Of a stretch of DNA of 64,000 bases, positions 20,143 to 30,213 are shown piece by piece (position 1 is the first letter of the stretch; every line of letters begins with the position of its first letter). The stretch is from NCBI GenBank assembly GCA_963668645.2, contig CAXXWC010000019.1, forward strand, positions 576,001-640,000. The letters run 5' to 3'. Position numbers and translations under genes: made by a program. Under the pieces are notes generated by a model, which did not search any database, had not been told where the DNA came from, and saw nothing but the letters and a program-made list of their open reading frames with translations. Origin of the DNA: Desulfobacterales bacterium. GTDB taxonomy: Bacteria > Desulfobacterota > Desulfobacteria > Desulfobacterales > UBA2174.

Positions 20143-20880
20143 CTAGCGCCACGTCACCACCCGCCGTTCGATGGCCCCCACCAGGGCCCAGAGCCCCAGG
20201 CCCATGAGCGACAGGTAGAGGATGGCGGCAAAGACCAGGTCGACCTTGAGCCGGGCGTTGGCCTGGATCATCAGATACCCGAGTCCCTGCTGGGCCCCGA
20301 CCCACTCGCCGATCACCGCGCCGATGGTAGCCACCGAGACGCCCACCTTGAGCCCGGCGAAGAACCGGGGCAGGGCCCACGGCCAGTAGAGGTGGTGCAG
20401 GGCCTGGAAAAATCCGGCCCCCATGAGGGTAAAAAGAACCCGGTAGTCACGGTCGCAGTCCTTGAAGCCCTGGAGCAAACTCACGGTGATGGGAAAAAAG
20501 ATGATCACCGCGGCCATGAAAATCTTGCTCGCCATCCCGTAGCCGAGCCAGACCACCAGCAGGGGGGCCACGGCAAAAACCGGCACGGCCTGGGAAGCCA
20601 CCAGAAAGGGGGCCAGGGCCCGCTCCAGGACCGGATGGGCGAACATGGCCACCGAAAGGGGCAGGGCCACGGCCAGGGCCAGCAGGATGCCGGCCAGGAT
20701 TTCCGCCGCCGTCACCAGGGCATGGGGCCCCAGCAGGGCGGCCCGCATGACAGCCACCTGCAACACTGCCGAGGGGGCCGGCAGGATGTAGTCCGGCACC
20801 GCCAAACCGCGGCAGACCGCCTCCCAGGCGCCCAGCAGGACCAGCACGATCAGCAGGCTGACCACCTCAGGCCGCCGCAT
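20143..20880 (-). CDS. thiX: ABC transporter permease (ThiX/SsuC-like)
   Basis: YILPAPS, SQAVPVFAVAPL and GAVIGEWVG motifs. Confidence 0.85.
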   Translation of the reverse strand: MRRPEVVSLLIVLVLLGAWEAVCRGLAVPDYILPAPSAVLQVAVMRAALLGPHALVTAAEILAGILLALAVALPLSVAMFAHPVLERALAPFLVASQAVPVFAVAPLLVVWLGYGMASKIFMAAVIIFFPITVSLLQGFKDCDRDYRVLFTLMGAGFFQALHHLYWPWALPRFFAGLKVGVSVATIGAVIGEWVGAQQGLGYLMIQANARLKVDLVFAAILYLSLMGLGLWALVGAIERRVVTWR

Positions 20881-21616
20881 GGGAATACTCCTCTTGCAGC
20901 CGCGCCAGGGCACGGGCCCTGATGCGGATCAGGCGCGCATCGGCGCTGTCGCGCGGCTTGGTCCCCGGCACGACGATCTCTTCGACCACCCGCATGGGCG
21001 CGGCGGAAAGGATCAGGACCCGGTCGCCCAGCAACAGGGCTTCTTCGATGTCGTGGGTGATCATCAACAGGGTGCGCCCGAAATCGTGCTGCAAAAGGAG
21101 CAGCATGCTCTGGAGGCTGCGCCGGGTGATGGCGTCCAGGGCCGACAGGGGCTCGTCGAGCAGGACCAGCTCGCGGTCAAACATCAGGGTGCGCACCAGG
21201 GCGCAGCGCTGGCGCATGCCGCCGGAGACCGCCGCCGGCCGGAAGTCTTCGAACCCGCCCAGCCCCAGGCGCTGGAACAGCCGGTGCACCCGGTCCCGGG
21301 CCGCCCCAAGATCGGCCCCCCGCTGCAGGCGCACCGGCAGCAAGGCGTTCTCGGCCAGCGTGAGCCAGGGCAGGAGCAGGTCCTTTTGCTGCATGTAGGC
21401 CGCCTGGCTGCCGAGGTGATCGAAGGGCCGGCCGCGCCAGGAAATGGCGCCGTCATCCTTGGCCACCACCCCGGTGAGCAGGTCGAAAAGCGTGGTCTTG
21501 CCGCAGCCAGAGGGTCCGATGAGAACCGTAAAGCCGTTCAGGGGCAGGTCCAGGTCGAAGCCCTCGACCACCGGCAGCCCGTCGAAGCGCTTGGTGAGTC
21601 GGGATACGCAAAGCAT
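20867..21616 (-). CDS. thiZ: ABC transporter ATP-binding protein (ThiZ-like)
   Basis: GPSGCGKT, SGGMRQR, LLDEPLSALD and ITHD motifs. Confidence 0.88.
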   Translation of the reverse strand: MLCVSRLTKRFDGLPVVEGFDLDLPLNGFTVLIGPSGCGKTTLFDLLTGVVAKDDGAISWRGRPFDHLGSQAAYMQQKDLLLPWLTLAENALLPVRLQRGADLGAARDRVHRLFQRLGLGGFEDFRPAAVSGGMRQRCALVRTLMFDRELVLLDEPLSALDAITRRSLQSMLLLLQHDFGRTLLMITHDIEEALLLGDRVLILSAAPMRVVEEIVVPGTKPRDSADARLIRIRARALARLQEEYSHAAA

Positions 21617-21717
21617 CGCAGCAACTCCCGCGGCCCGCTGGAAGCGAACCGTTTGGCGTCATGGATGCGATGCCGGTGGGGAAAGAGACGAACAGGCGGG
21701 TTTACGTCTGGCAGGTC

Positions 21718-21810
21718 CACTTTCCCACGCCGGCATGATCCGGATCAGGTCCAAGGGGTCGAAACTCGCAAAGTTTCCTCTCAGCCGATACCTATCGACT
21801 CCCCCAGTGT
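21718..21810 (-). ncRNA. TPP riboswitch leading the thiZXY-like operon
   Basis: Minus strand reads GGGGAGTC...GGCTGAGA...ACCCCTTGGACCTGATCCGGATCATGCCGGCGTGGGAA. Confidence 0.93.
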
Positions 21811-21910
21811 GTCGGTTTGGCCTCTATCACCTTGGTTGGGCGGATGTCAAACAGCAACTCCGATAAGGCCCGAATCCGGCCGGAGAAGATTGGTTTTTTG
21901 GCTCCTTTGA

Positions 21911-22160
21911 CACCCCGGAGCAGGCCAGCGAACAAAGATCTCTTGCCGGCTGTCGTTATTTCTTGCCGATCTGCCTAAATGCAGATTCCTTTTCGCTGAT
22001 GCTCTGTCCCCCTCCCCCACCTGTCATCCTGTTCCCCACTTCTTTCATTGTCATCCCGAGGAGTTTACGACGGGGATCTGCAGTTGCATAAGAAAAACTC
22101 CAAACAACCAAAACCTGCTCGAAATCGGTAGACGCAGTGAATTCGCCGCAGGGTATGACC
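21911..22160. repeat. Dispersed REP-like intergenic repeat, copy 2
   Basis: Shares three ordered blocks with 1831-1891; additional TGTCATCC / ATGAC half-sites. Confidence 0.6.
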
Positions 22161-22265
22161 ACAAGGCACCGGCCGGCAGATGTAAATCATGGTCCACAGC
22201 CCGGCGATAATCGACGACTTGCAGGTTGCCAACGCATCGGTCCGGTGCTATGGGATTCGAACAGA

Positions 22266-22355
22266 TCCGAGCAGGGGTGTTCCGGGGAGACATCCGGAAC
22301 TGAGAGCATACCCTTGGAACCTGATACAGTTCACACTGTCGTAGGAAGTTCGGAG
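22266..22355 (+). ncRNA. TPP riboswitch leading the thiD-thiW-ECF operon
   Basis: AGGGGTG...CTGAGA...ATACCCTTGGAACCTGATACAGTTCACACTGTCGTAGGAAG, closed by a TCCGA/TCGGA stem. Confidence 0.93.
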
Positions 22356-22493
22356 CGCCGCACGCAACCTTGCCATCCGGCCGCCGTTTTTTTCCTTTCC
22401 AAGGCCCATCGTTCCACGGTTCCTCGACAACACCGCTGCCCGGGGTAACGTGTTGACCCGTTTCGATACTTATTTAAAGAAAGGCGTCCTATC

Positions 22494-23303
22494 ATGCGCG
22501 TCGCACTGACCATCGCCGGGTCGGACTCGTCCGGCGGGGCCGGCATCCAGGCGGATATCAAGGCCTTTCAGGCCCACGGGGTCTTCGGCACCAGTGCCAT
22601 AACCGCCGTGACCGTCCAGAACACCCAGGAGGTGCGTGCCGTCCAGGAGATCGACCCCGGGATTGTGCGCGACCAGATCCTGTGCCTCTTCGATGATATG
22701 CAAATCCACGCGGTCAAGATCGGCATGGTGGCCAGCACCCGGCTGATCGCGGCCGTGGCCGAAGCCCTGGAGCAGGTGGCGCGTCCGCCGGTGGTCCTCG
22801 ATCCGGTGATGATCTCCAAAAGCGGCTACCCCCTGCTGGACCCCGAGGCGCGCCAGGCCCTGGTGGAAAAGCTCTTCCCCCTGGCCGAGGTGGTGACCCC
22901 CAACATCCACGAGGCCGAGGCTCTGGTGGACGAGCGGATTGCCACGGTGGACGAGATGCGCGCTGCCGCGCAGAAAATTCTTTCCTTGGGGGCCGCCAAA
23001 GTGGTGGTCAAAGGCGGCCATCTGGGCGGGGACCTGGCCACGGACGTGCTCTGGGACGGGCGCGATTTCAAGGAGCTGACCGAGGCGCGCATCCAGAGCC
23101 GCCACACCCACGGCACCGGATGCACCTTTTCGTCCGCCGTGGCGGCCAACCTCGCCCTGGGTAAAAACTTTTTCGAGGCGGTGACCCAGGCCAAGGAGTA
23201 CATTACCCGGGCCATCGCCCAGGCCCCGGCCCTGGGCCGGGGGCACGGCCCGGTGCAGCACTTTTACGCCCTCTATCAAAAAGCGGGAATCGAAATCGAT
23301 TAA
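22494..23303 (+). CDS. thiD: Hydroxymethylpyrimidine/phosphomethylpyrimidine kinase
   Basis: LTIAGSDSSGGAGIQADIK, DPVM, TPN, KGGH and THGTGCT motifs. Confidence 0.97.
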   Translation: MRVALTIAGSDSSGGAGIQADIKAFQAHGVFGTSAITAVTVQNTQEVRAVQEIDPGIVRDQILCLFDDMQIHAVKIGMVASTRLIAAVAEALEQVARPPVVLDPVMISKSGYPLLDPEARQALVEKLFPLAEVVTPNIHEAEALVDERIATVDEMRAAAQKILSLGAAKVVVKGGHLGGDLATDVLWDGRDFKELTEARIQSRHTHGTGCTFSSAVAANLALGKNFFEAVTQAKEYITRAIAQAPALGRGHGPVQHFYALYQKAGIEID

Positions 23304-23355
23304 GGTGACACAGCCGGGTCCTAAATTAATTGCATCCAACGCGGGGAGGTTGACC

Positions 23356-23877
23356 ATGTCCGCATCGCCTTTGCATTCCGAAACCCGGCGCACCGCCTAC
23401 GCCGTGGTCCTGGTGGCCATGGGCGTGGCCCTGGCGCCGTACACATCCATTCCGGTGGGCATCGCCAAGATCAACCCCACCCAGCACTTCGTCAACGTAC
23501 TGGCCGCCGTGCTGCTCGGCCCCTGGTGGGCGACCCTGGTGGCCGGGGTCATCGCCGTGCTGCGCAACGTGATGGGGGTCGGCACCCTGCTGGCCTTTCC
23601 CGGCGGGATGATCGGGGCTTTGCTGGCCGGGCTCTGCTACCGCCGGTGGCGCCGGCTGCTGCCGGCCGCGGCGGGCGAGGTGGTCGGCACCGGCCTGATC
23701 GCACCGCTGGCCAGCGCGACCCTGGTGGCGCCGGTCCTGATGGGCAAGGCTATCCCCCTGATGGCCCTGCTGCCCTCCTTTTTGCTGAGCACCCTGGCCG
23801 GGGCCGGACTGGGGGTCATGGCCCTTCGGCTGTTGGAACGGGCCGAACTCATCGACCTTCAGGACCGCCCGACTTGA
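23356..23877 (+). CDS. thiW: ECF transporter S component ThiW
   Basis: PTQHFVNVLAAVLLGP, GTLLAFPGGMIGA and GEVVGTGLI motifs; GGAGG RBS. Confidence 0.9.
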   Translation: MSASPLHSETRRTAYAVVLVAMGVALAPYTSIPVGIAKINPTQHFVNVLAAVLLGPWWATLVAGVIAVLRNVMGVGTLLAFPGGMIGALLAGLCYRRWRRLLPAAAGEVVGTGLIAPLASATLVAPVLMGKAIPLMALLPSFLLSTLAGAGLGVMALRLLERAELIDLQDRPT

Positions 23878-25544
23878 CGCCAAGCACACCGTTCATCCAG
23901 GCCGAAGACCTAGGCTACACCTACCCCACCGCCGGCGGCCGGCCGGTCCTGAATCACATCGATCTGGAGCTGGGCGCCGATGCCTACCTGTTGCTCAGCG
24001 GCGCCAGCGGGTGCGGCAAATCAACCCTGTGCCGCACCTTCAATGGCCTGATTCCCCATTTTTACGGCGGCAGGCTCACCGGGTCGGTGGCGGTGGACGG
24101 CCGGCCTACCGTCGATACCACCGTGGCCCGGCTCATCGACCGGGTCGGCATGGTCTTCCAGAACCCCGAAGCCCAGCTCTTCAACCGCACCGTGGCCCGC
24201 GAGATCGCCTTCGGCCTGGAAAGCCTGGGCCTCCAACGCCGGCAGATCGGCCGGCGCATCCTCGAAAGCGCCGCGACAATGGGCATCGAAAACCTGCTCG
24301 AACGCCATCCCCACCACCTTTCGGGGGGCGAACAGCAGCTGGCGGCCATGGCGGCCGTCATGGCCCTGCACCCCCGGGTCTTGATTCTGGACGAACCGTT
24401 TGCCAACCTCGATCCGCTCAGCGTGGCGCGCATGCGCCGGTCCCTGGCACAGATCGGAGAGCACGGCCATGCCCTGGTGGTCTGCGAACACCGGCTCAAC
24501 CTCACCGCGGCCGATGCCGGGCGCATGGTGGTCCTCGAGGGCGGCAGGATCGCGGCCGACGGGACCCCGGCCCGGATCCTGGCAAACGATCCGGCGCCCT
24601 GGGGCCTGGCAGCGCCCCTGGCGGCGGCGGCCAGCCGGCAGCTGGGACTTTCACCGGCAATCCTCGATCCGGATCGGCTTCCTTTGCCCCCCGATGCGGC
24701 CGCGCAGTTCCTCGACCTGATGGCCCTGCCGCCGGCCGTGGCCTATGGTGGGAAGCCCCTGCTCCAAGTCGAGGGGCTGGCCGGCCGGGCCGGGGACCGC
24801 GAGGTGCTGCGGGACATTTCCTTTTGCCTGCACCGGGGCGAAGTGGCGGCCCTGGTGGGGGCCAACGGGGCCGGCAAGACGACCCTGGTGCGCCACCTCA
24901 ACGGCCTGGCCAAGCCGGCGTCAGGCCGGGTGGTGGTGGCGGGCGAGGATACACGCCGTTCGCGCACCTCGGCTTTAGCCCGGCACATCGGAATCGCATT
25001 CCAGAATCCCAACAGCCAGTTTTTCAAACTCACGGTGGGCGACGAGATCCGAGTGGCGCCCCAGGCCCTGGGTTGCACCGAAGAGCAATGGCTGGACCAA
25101 CTCATTAGCCGGCTGCACCTCGAGAACCTGCTCCACCGGTCCCCGTTCCGGCTCAGCGGGGGCGAAAAAAAACGCGTGGCCTTTGCCGCGGCCCTGGCTT
25201 CCCGGCCCGAGCTCCTGATCCTGGACGAGCCCACCGCCGGCCAGGACGCTTTTTTTCGCCAGGCCCTGGCCGATCTTCTGGCCTCCCTGGCAGCCGAGGG
25301 CTGCACCGTCTTGATGGTCACCCACGACCTTTCCTTTGCCGAACGCTGCGCCGGCCGCTGGCTCGTGCTTTGCGACGGGGCCATCGCCGCCGACGGCCCG
25401 CCGGCCGCCATCATGGCCGACAGCGCCCTGATGGCCCGCAGCGGTCTTACGCCCACGGAGCGCTTCCTCCTGGCACGGCGCATAGATGAGATCGGCACCC
25501 ACGGCCCCGGCGATGCACCTTTTACCGGCCGCAAGCCCCGGTGA
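23874..25544 (+). CDS. ECF transporter duplicated ATPase (EcfA-A' fusion)
   Basis: Two Walker A motifs (GASGCGKS, GANGAGKT), two FQNP and LSGGE motifs; TTG start overlaps the thiW stop. Confidence 0.9.
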   Translation: MTPSTPFIQAEDLGYTYPTAGGRPVLNHIDLELGADAYLLLSGASGCGKSTLCRTFNGLIPHFYGGRLTGSVAVDGRPTVDTTVARLIDRVGMVFQNPEAQLFNRTVAREIAFGLESLGLQRRQIGRRILESAATMGIENLLERHPHHLSGGEQQLAAMAAVMALHPRVLILDEPFANLDPLSVARMRRSLAQIGEHGHALVVCEHRLNLTAADAGRMVVLEGGRIAADGTPARILANDPAPWGLAAPLAAAASRQLGLSPAILDPDRLPLPPDAAAQFLDLMALPPAVAYGGKPLLQVEGLAGRAGDREVLRDISFCLHRGEVAALVGANGAGKTTLVRHLNGLAKPASGRVVVAGEDTRRSRTSALARHIGIAFQNPNSQFFKLTVGDEIRVAPQALGCTEEQWLDQLISRLHLENLLHRSPFRLSGGEKKRVAFAAALASRPELLILDEPTAGQDAFFRQALADLLASLAAEGCTVLMVTHDLSFAERCAGRWLVLCDGAIAADGPPAAIMADSALMARSGLTPTERFLLARRIDEIGTHGPGDAPFTGRKPR

Positions 25545-25682
25545 AATTTTTATCGGTTTCAACCCAAGGCGGAATGTGGCATTTACGTCCCTCCGGAGTG
25601 CATCCGGAATCCATTTTATTACCAGGCTGAAAGTTTGGCTGGATGATGCGGAAAACAATTTCGGAATTTTTGCGAAAACGTC

Positions 25683-26336
25683 ATGCTTGATCCACGCAGC
25701 CGTCTGGCCCTGGCCTGCGGCTGGGCCGGGGCCGTGGTGGCCGCCGGCCGGCCGGAAAGCGTTGTCGGGTCCTACCTGATGCTGCTTGCGGCGGTGGGGT
25801 GGCTGCGGCGCTGGAGCGCCTACGGCCGCTGGCTGCGCCTGGTGGTGCCCATGGCGCTGTTTTTCGGAACCCTGACCCTGTGGGCCGCCGGGCTGGAGGC
25901 CGGAGGGATGGCAGCCCTCAAACTGCTGAGTCTGACCACGACCTTTTTCGTCTTTTTCGAAACCACGGCCCCGGAGGATCTGGGCAACAGCCTGGTACGG
26001 GCCGGGCTGCCCTTTGCGGCCGCCTTCGTCTTTGCCGCGGCCTTGCAGTTCGTGCCGGTGATCGGCCGCAAGGCCCGGACCGTCATCGACGCCCAGCGCA
26101 GCCGCGGCATCGGCCTTGAGGCGGGCTGGGCCGCCCTGCGCCACTGGCCCGCCTTTTTGGCGCCGCTGCTGATCCAGTCCTTTACCCTGGCCGACGAGCT
26201 GGCCGAGGCCATGGAAGCCCGCGGCTTTTCGCGGCCCGGGCGAACCTTTTACCGAGACTTTCACATGGGCCCGGCCGACTGGCTGGCCTCGACCGGGGCC
26301 CTCGCGATTCTGGCATTGGGAATATGGTGGCTGTAA
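25683..26336 (+). CDS. ecfT: ECF transporter T component
   Basis: LDPRSRL, AQRSRG and AEAMEARGF motifs. Confidence 0.9.
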   Translation: MLDPRSRLALACGWAGAVVAAGRPESVVGSYLMLLAAVGWLRRWSAYGRWLRLVVPMALFFGTLTLWAAGLEAGGMAALKLLSLTTTFFVFFETTAPEDLGNSLVRAGLPFAAAFVFAAALQFVPVIGRKARTVIDAQRSRGIGLEAGWAALRHWPAFLAPLLIQSFTLADELAEAMEARGFSRPGRTFYRDFHMGPADWLASTGALAILALGIWWL

Positions 26337-26869
26337 ATCCGCAAGACTATCACAACCGTCGAACCCTGATCCTTGGCAACGTCAACAGCGGCAAAACCCG
26401 CCTGACCGGCGCGATCCTGGAGGCTTTCACCGCCGCAAGCGAAGCCGGGCGCATCGCCCTGCTCGACCTGGCCCCGGACCCGGTTGGATCGGTGGGCGGC
26501 AAGATGGCGCCGCCCCACGCGGCGGTGCTCTATATGACCTGCCCCATCGTCCCGCCAAGGCTCACCGGCCGCAATGAAAACGAAATCGCCACCTTGGCGA
26601 TGTCCAACGCCCGGCGCATCGAAGCGATGATGGACCGCTATCTGGCCGCGCCGCGGGACATCCTTCTGGTCAACGACGCCACCCTCTACCTTCAGGCCGG
26701 ATGCCTGACACGGTTCGTGGCCCTGCTCGATTCCGCCGCCACGGCGGTGATCAACGCCTATGCCGGCGCCTACTTTTCCGACGGCCCCCTCACCCGCCAC
26801 GAACAGCGGCTCACCGACCGCCTCGGCCGGCGCTGCGACCGGATCATCCGGCTGCCGGAGTCCGCTTAG
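26324..26869 (+). CDS. Small P-loop NTPase of unknown function
   Basis: ILGNVNSGKT Walker A, ALLDLAPD, ILLVND; overlaps the ecfT stop. Confidence 0.7.
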   Translation: MVAVNPQDYHNRRTLILGNVNSGKTRLTGAILEAFTAASEAGRIALLDLAPDPVGSVGGKMAPPHAAVLYMTCPIVPPRLTGRNENEIATLAMSNARRIEAMMDRYLAAPRDILLVNDATLYLQAGCLTRFVALLDSAATAVINAYAGAYFSDGPLTRHEQRLTDRLGRRCDRIIRLPESA

Positions 26870-26890
26870 ACCGGCTGCCAGGCATCCGTT

Positions 26891-27994
26891 TCAACGCAGG
26901 GACACCATCCTGGCGACAAACCCCTGGTTGGCCCGGTCCAGGGCGGCGAGCACGGCCGCCTGGTATTTTTCCGGATCAGAGCGGTAGACGAAAGTATCCA
27001 GCGAGCGGGTTCCCCCGCCCAGCAAAACAGCGACCCCCACCGCGAGCACCTGGCCGGCCTTGTTGAGGGCCGATTCCTCCTGTTTTTCGATGGTGGCAAA
27101 GCTGTCGCCAACGGTGATCGGCGTGCCGAGGATCAGCCGCCCCTGGTCGGTGCTGAAGGTGCCGCCGTAGCCGCTGGTGATGCCGATCTGGCTGCTCTGG
27201 AGCACCGCGATTCCCTGGTCGACGGAAATCGAGGCGGTGCTGCGGCTGCTGTGCCCGTCGAAATTGGCAAAATGGACCAGGTAGTGCACGTCGATCACCG
27301 GGATCCCCAGCTCCACCGAGGCCTTGCTGAATCCGGCCTCCGGGCTGGACCAGGCGAAGCCCTCCAGCCCGGCGCCCTGCCACGCCATCAGCCGCAGGAC
27401 CTGGCCGCTGGGAGCGAAGATCTGCCCCTCGGCCTTGAAGGCCGGCATCGGCTCGGAGGTTTCAAAGGGGGAGGCCTCGGTCTTGACGGCCTGGAACGCG
27501 GCATTGTCCTTTAAAAGATCGCGGGAGCGCACCGTGTAGCCCTCTTTTTGCAGCCCGGCCACAAAGCGCTCGTAGGCCGTGTCGGTGATAGACTGCATCA
27601 GCTGCGGTGAAATCCCGTCCAGAACGACATTGGCCGAGGCGCGCGCCATGCCGCCGCCACCGCCGAGAAAACTGCCGCGGTTGACACGGGTGCCTTTTTG
27701 CTGGGTGATGAACGTGACCTTGAAGCCGCCGATGAGCACCTCGTTCTTGCCGGCAAAGGCCTTGGGAGTAATCGTCTCAAAGGAGGGACCGCCCGGCTGG
27801 GCCTGGCTGCTCGCGCCGCCGCCGGTGGTGACACAGCCGGTGAGGATGAAAATGGTGATCAGGGAAAAAAGAAAGGCTGCATTGACAAGGCCTGTTGGGT
27901 ATAACTCGCGCTGCGGGCCCCTGGCGTCCCGGCCCTGTTCGGGTCGGGCCGGCACCGGGCTCCTGTATTTCGAATGGATATGTGAAAAGTTCAT
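26891..27994 (-). CDS. Hypothetical lipoprotein
   Basis: Hydrophobic stretch ending in lipobox-like ILTGC; AAAGGAG RBS before ATG 27994. Confidence 0.65.
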   Translation of the reverse strand: MNFSHIHSKYRSPVPARPEQGRDARGPQRELYPTGLVNAAFLFSLITIFILTGCVTTGGGASSQAQPGGPSFETITPKAFAGKNEVLIGGFKVTFITQQKGTRVNRGSFLGGGGGMARASANVVLDGISPQLMQSITDTAYERFVAGLQKEGYTVRSRDLLKDNAAFQAVKTEASPFETSEPMPAFKAEGQIFAPSGQVLRLMAWQGAGLEGFAWSSPEAGFSKASVELGIPVIDVHYLVHFANFDGHSSRSTASISVDQGIAVLQSSQIGITSGYGGTFSTDQGRLILGTPITVGDSFATIEKQEESALNKAGQVLAVGVAVLLGGGTRSLDTFVYRSDPEKYQAAVLAALDRANQGFVARMVSLR

Positions 27995-28599
27995 ATCGCT
28001 GCTCCTTTCCGGTTCAGTTGTGGGCCGTGACTGGACGCTTCGGCACCAACCGGACAAGCGGGCCGGTGCTGGCCGAAGCCTCACCGTGGAACTGGCAAAT
28101 CGGATCGTCACAGAACTACGGGAATAGCCTTATTAGGAATATTACTCATTAGCGAGTTTACAAGAGGGGTAGCAGACCGGGCATCGCCCCGGACCTCCAT
28201 TTTAAAATTCTTGTTGCCCTCTTCCGTCCTTTTCCCCAACAGCAGTTCCGCCCTCCTCGGCGTCCCTGCGTCTCCGCGCGAGACTAAAAATACCTTCGCA
28301 CGGCCATCATCCGCACTTTTCCGGGATTCTGCGGGCCACCCCAAAACCATGAAAATCATTGTTGACCTCAGTGATTTCCGAAGATAAAGGCCTCTGTTCA
28401 TTCGGGCTAAGTATCTCTTTAATTTTATACTATGTTAATTTTCTTATTGAAGCATGTTCAGATTTTGTGTATGGTGCTGCCGTTTTGGCCGCTAAAAGCC
28501 GCCAAACAGGTCTTGCCAGGGGAGTTCCGGCTTCTTTTTAGGGCCGTTGTAAGAAGCGTTCTTTAAGAAATGCTTAACCCCAGCGAGAGTGAGCGCGCC

Positions 28600-30105
28600 G
28601 TGGCAAACGGAATCGTCCGGATTGACGAATGCCTGAGCAAGCGAGACGGTCATCTGTGGATCGAAGAGGTCGACACGATGGACATCGTCGCCCAACACGG
28701 TACCCCTGTCTTCGTCATCTCGGAAAACCAGCTCCGCCGCAACGTCCGTCGCTTTCAAAAATCCTTCCAGGCCGGCTGGCCTGACGGTCCGGTGAAAATC
28801 CTGCCTGCCGCCAAGGCCAACTGGATCACCGCCATCCAGATGATCCTGGCCCAGGAGGGGTGCGGCTGCGACATCTACTCGGAGGGCGAGCTGGCCGTGG
28901 CTCTTAAGGCCGGGTTTCCCCATGACCTGATTTCGGTCAACGGGGTGCCCAAGTTCAAGGACCACGTTTACAACGCCATCAAGCAAGGCTGCCGCATCAC
29001 CATCGACAGCATCGAGGAGGTCGATTTCATCGAGCAGGCGGTGCGCGATCTTAACACCACCGCCTACGTCCGGCTGCGCCTCAAGCCCGTGCTGTCCGAT
29101 TTCGTGCGCCATTCGGATTTTGCCGCCGAAGGGCTGGTGCCGACGGATATCGCGGCTCTGGTCTACAAGGGCGGGCTGATGTTCGAGCAGATCCAGGAGA
29201 TCGGCCCGCGCATTATGAAAATGAAAAATGTGGAGCTTGTCGGCTTTCACCAGCACCATGGCCGGCACCACCGCTCCACCGATTACTGGCGGGCGCAGAT
29301 GAAAGCCCTGGCCTACGAGATAGGCCGGGTCAGCGCGCTGCTGGGCGGCTATCAGCCCAAAGAGATCGATATCGGCGGCGGCTTTGCCATTCCCCGTGAT
29401 CCTTTCAACGCCGTAACCGACTACACCGAACCTGCCCAGCTCGCGGCCCTGCATACCATCAGCAAGGCCTTGAAAGCTTTCGCCCCGGATCTGCGCTACA
29501 AGATCATCGCTCGACTGGTGGACACCATCACCATGCAGCCCAACCAGAAGATGGCCCCTACCATAGAGCAGTACGCCCAAGCCTGCACCGCAACATTGCG
29601 GGAAGAATTGCCCAAACACAAGATTGATACCAAAGGGCTCATGCTCCAACTGGAGCCGGGCCGCGCCATGCACGGCAATACCGGAATTCATCTGACTCGG
29701 GTCATGGCCATCAAGCGCATCACAGAACCGATCCGCTGGAATCAAGTAATCGTGGATTCCACCGAGTTTTGGTTTACCGGTGGCCGCTATGAGCACCATC
29801 TGCATGACTACATCTTCGCCAATAAGGTAGATTTAAAATACGATGACAAGGCTGATATCAATGGCCGCTCCTGTTACGGCGATCGTTTGATGCCGACCAT
29901 TCCGGTTCCGAAAGATGTGGCAGTAGGCGATATTTTTGTCATGTTCGACACAGGCGCATATCAGGAAGTTTCTATGAGTCAGTTTAATGCGATGCCGAGG
30001 CCGGCGACGTTGATAGTGAAGGAAGAATTGATGGAAACGATTCGGGCAGCTGAAAGCAGGGAGAAGGTAGGGGTAAGGGATCGGATTCCGGAGTATCTTT
30101 TATAG
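28600..30105 (+). CDS. PLP-dependent fold-III decarboxylase (diaminopimelate-decarboxylase-like)
   Basis: HGTPVFV, AAKAN (PLP Lys), SEGEL, DIGGGF, EPGR, GRSC..D and DTGAY motifs. Confidence 0.85.
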   Translation: MANGIVRIDECLSKRDGHLWIEEVDTMDIVAQHGTPVFVISENQLRRNVRRFQKSFQAGWPDGPVKILPAAKANWITAIQMILAQEGCGCDIYSEGELAVALKAGFPHDLISVNGVPKFKDHVYNAIKQGCRITIDSIEEVDFIEQAVRDLNTTAYVRLRLKPVLSDFVRHSDFAAEGLVPTDIAALVYKGGLMFEQIQEIGPRIMKMKNVELVGFHQHHGRHHRSTDYWRAQMKALAYEIGRVSALLGGYQPKEIDIGGGFAIPRDPFNAVTDYTEPAQLAALHTISKALKAFAPDLRYKIIARLVDTITMQPNQKMAPTIEQYAQACTATLREELPKHKIDTKGLMLQLEPGRAMHGNTGIHLTRVMAIKRITEPIRWNQVIVDSTEFWFTGGRYEHHLHDYIFANKVDLKYDDKADINGRSCYGDRLMPTIPVPKDVAVGDIFVMFDTGAYQEVSMSQFNAMPRPATLIVKEELMETIRAAESREKVGVRDRIPEYLL

Positions 30106-30213
30106 ATTTTGGGCTTGAGGGAAGGTTTGTCATACTCTGGAAATTTATTGGTGGATTCAGGAAGGAGGGCTTAATAAGTTCATGATTTCAACAACGTTAT
30201 TTCCCCTATGTCC

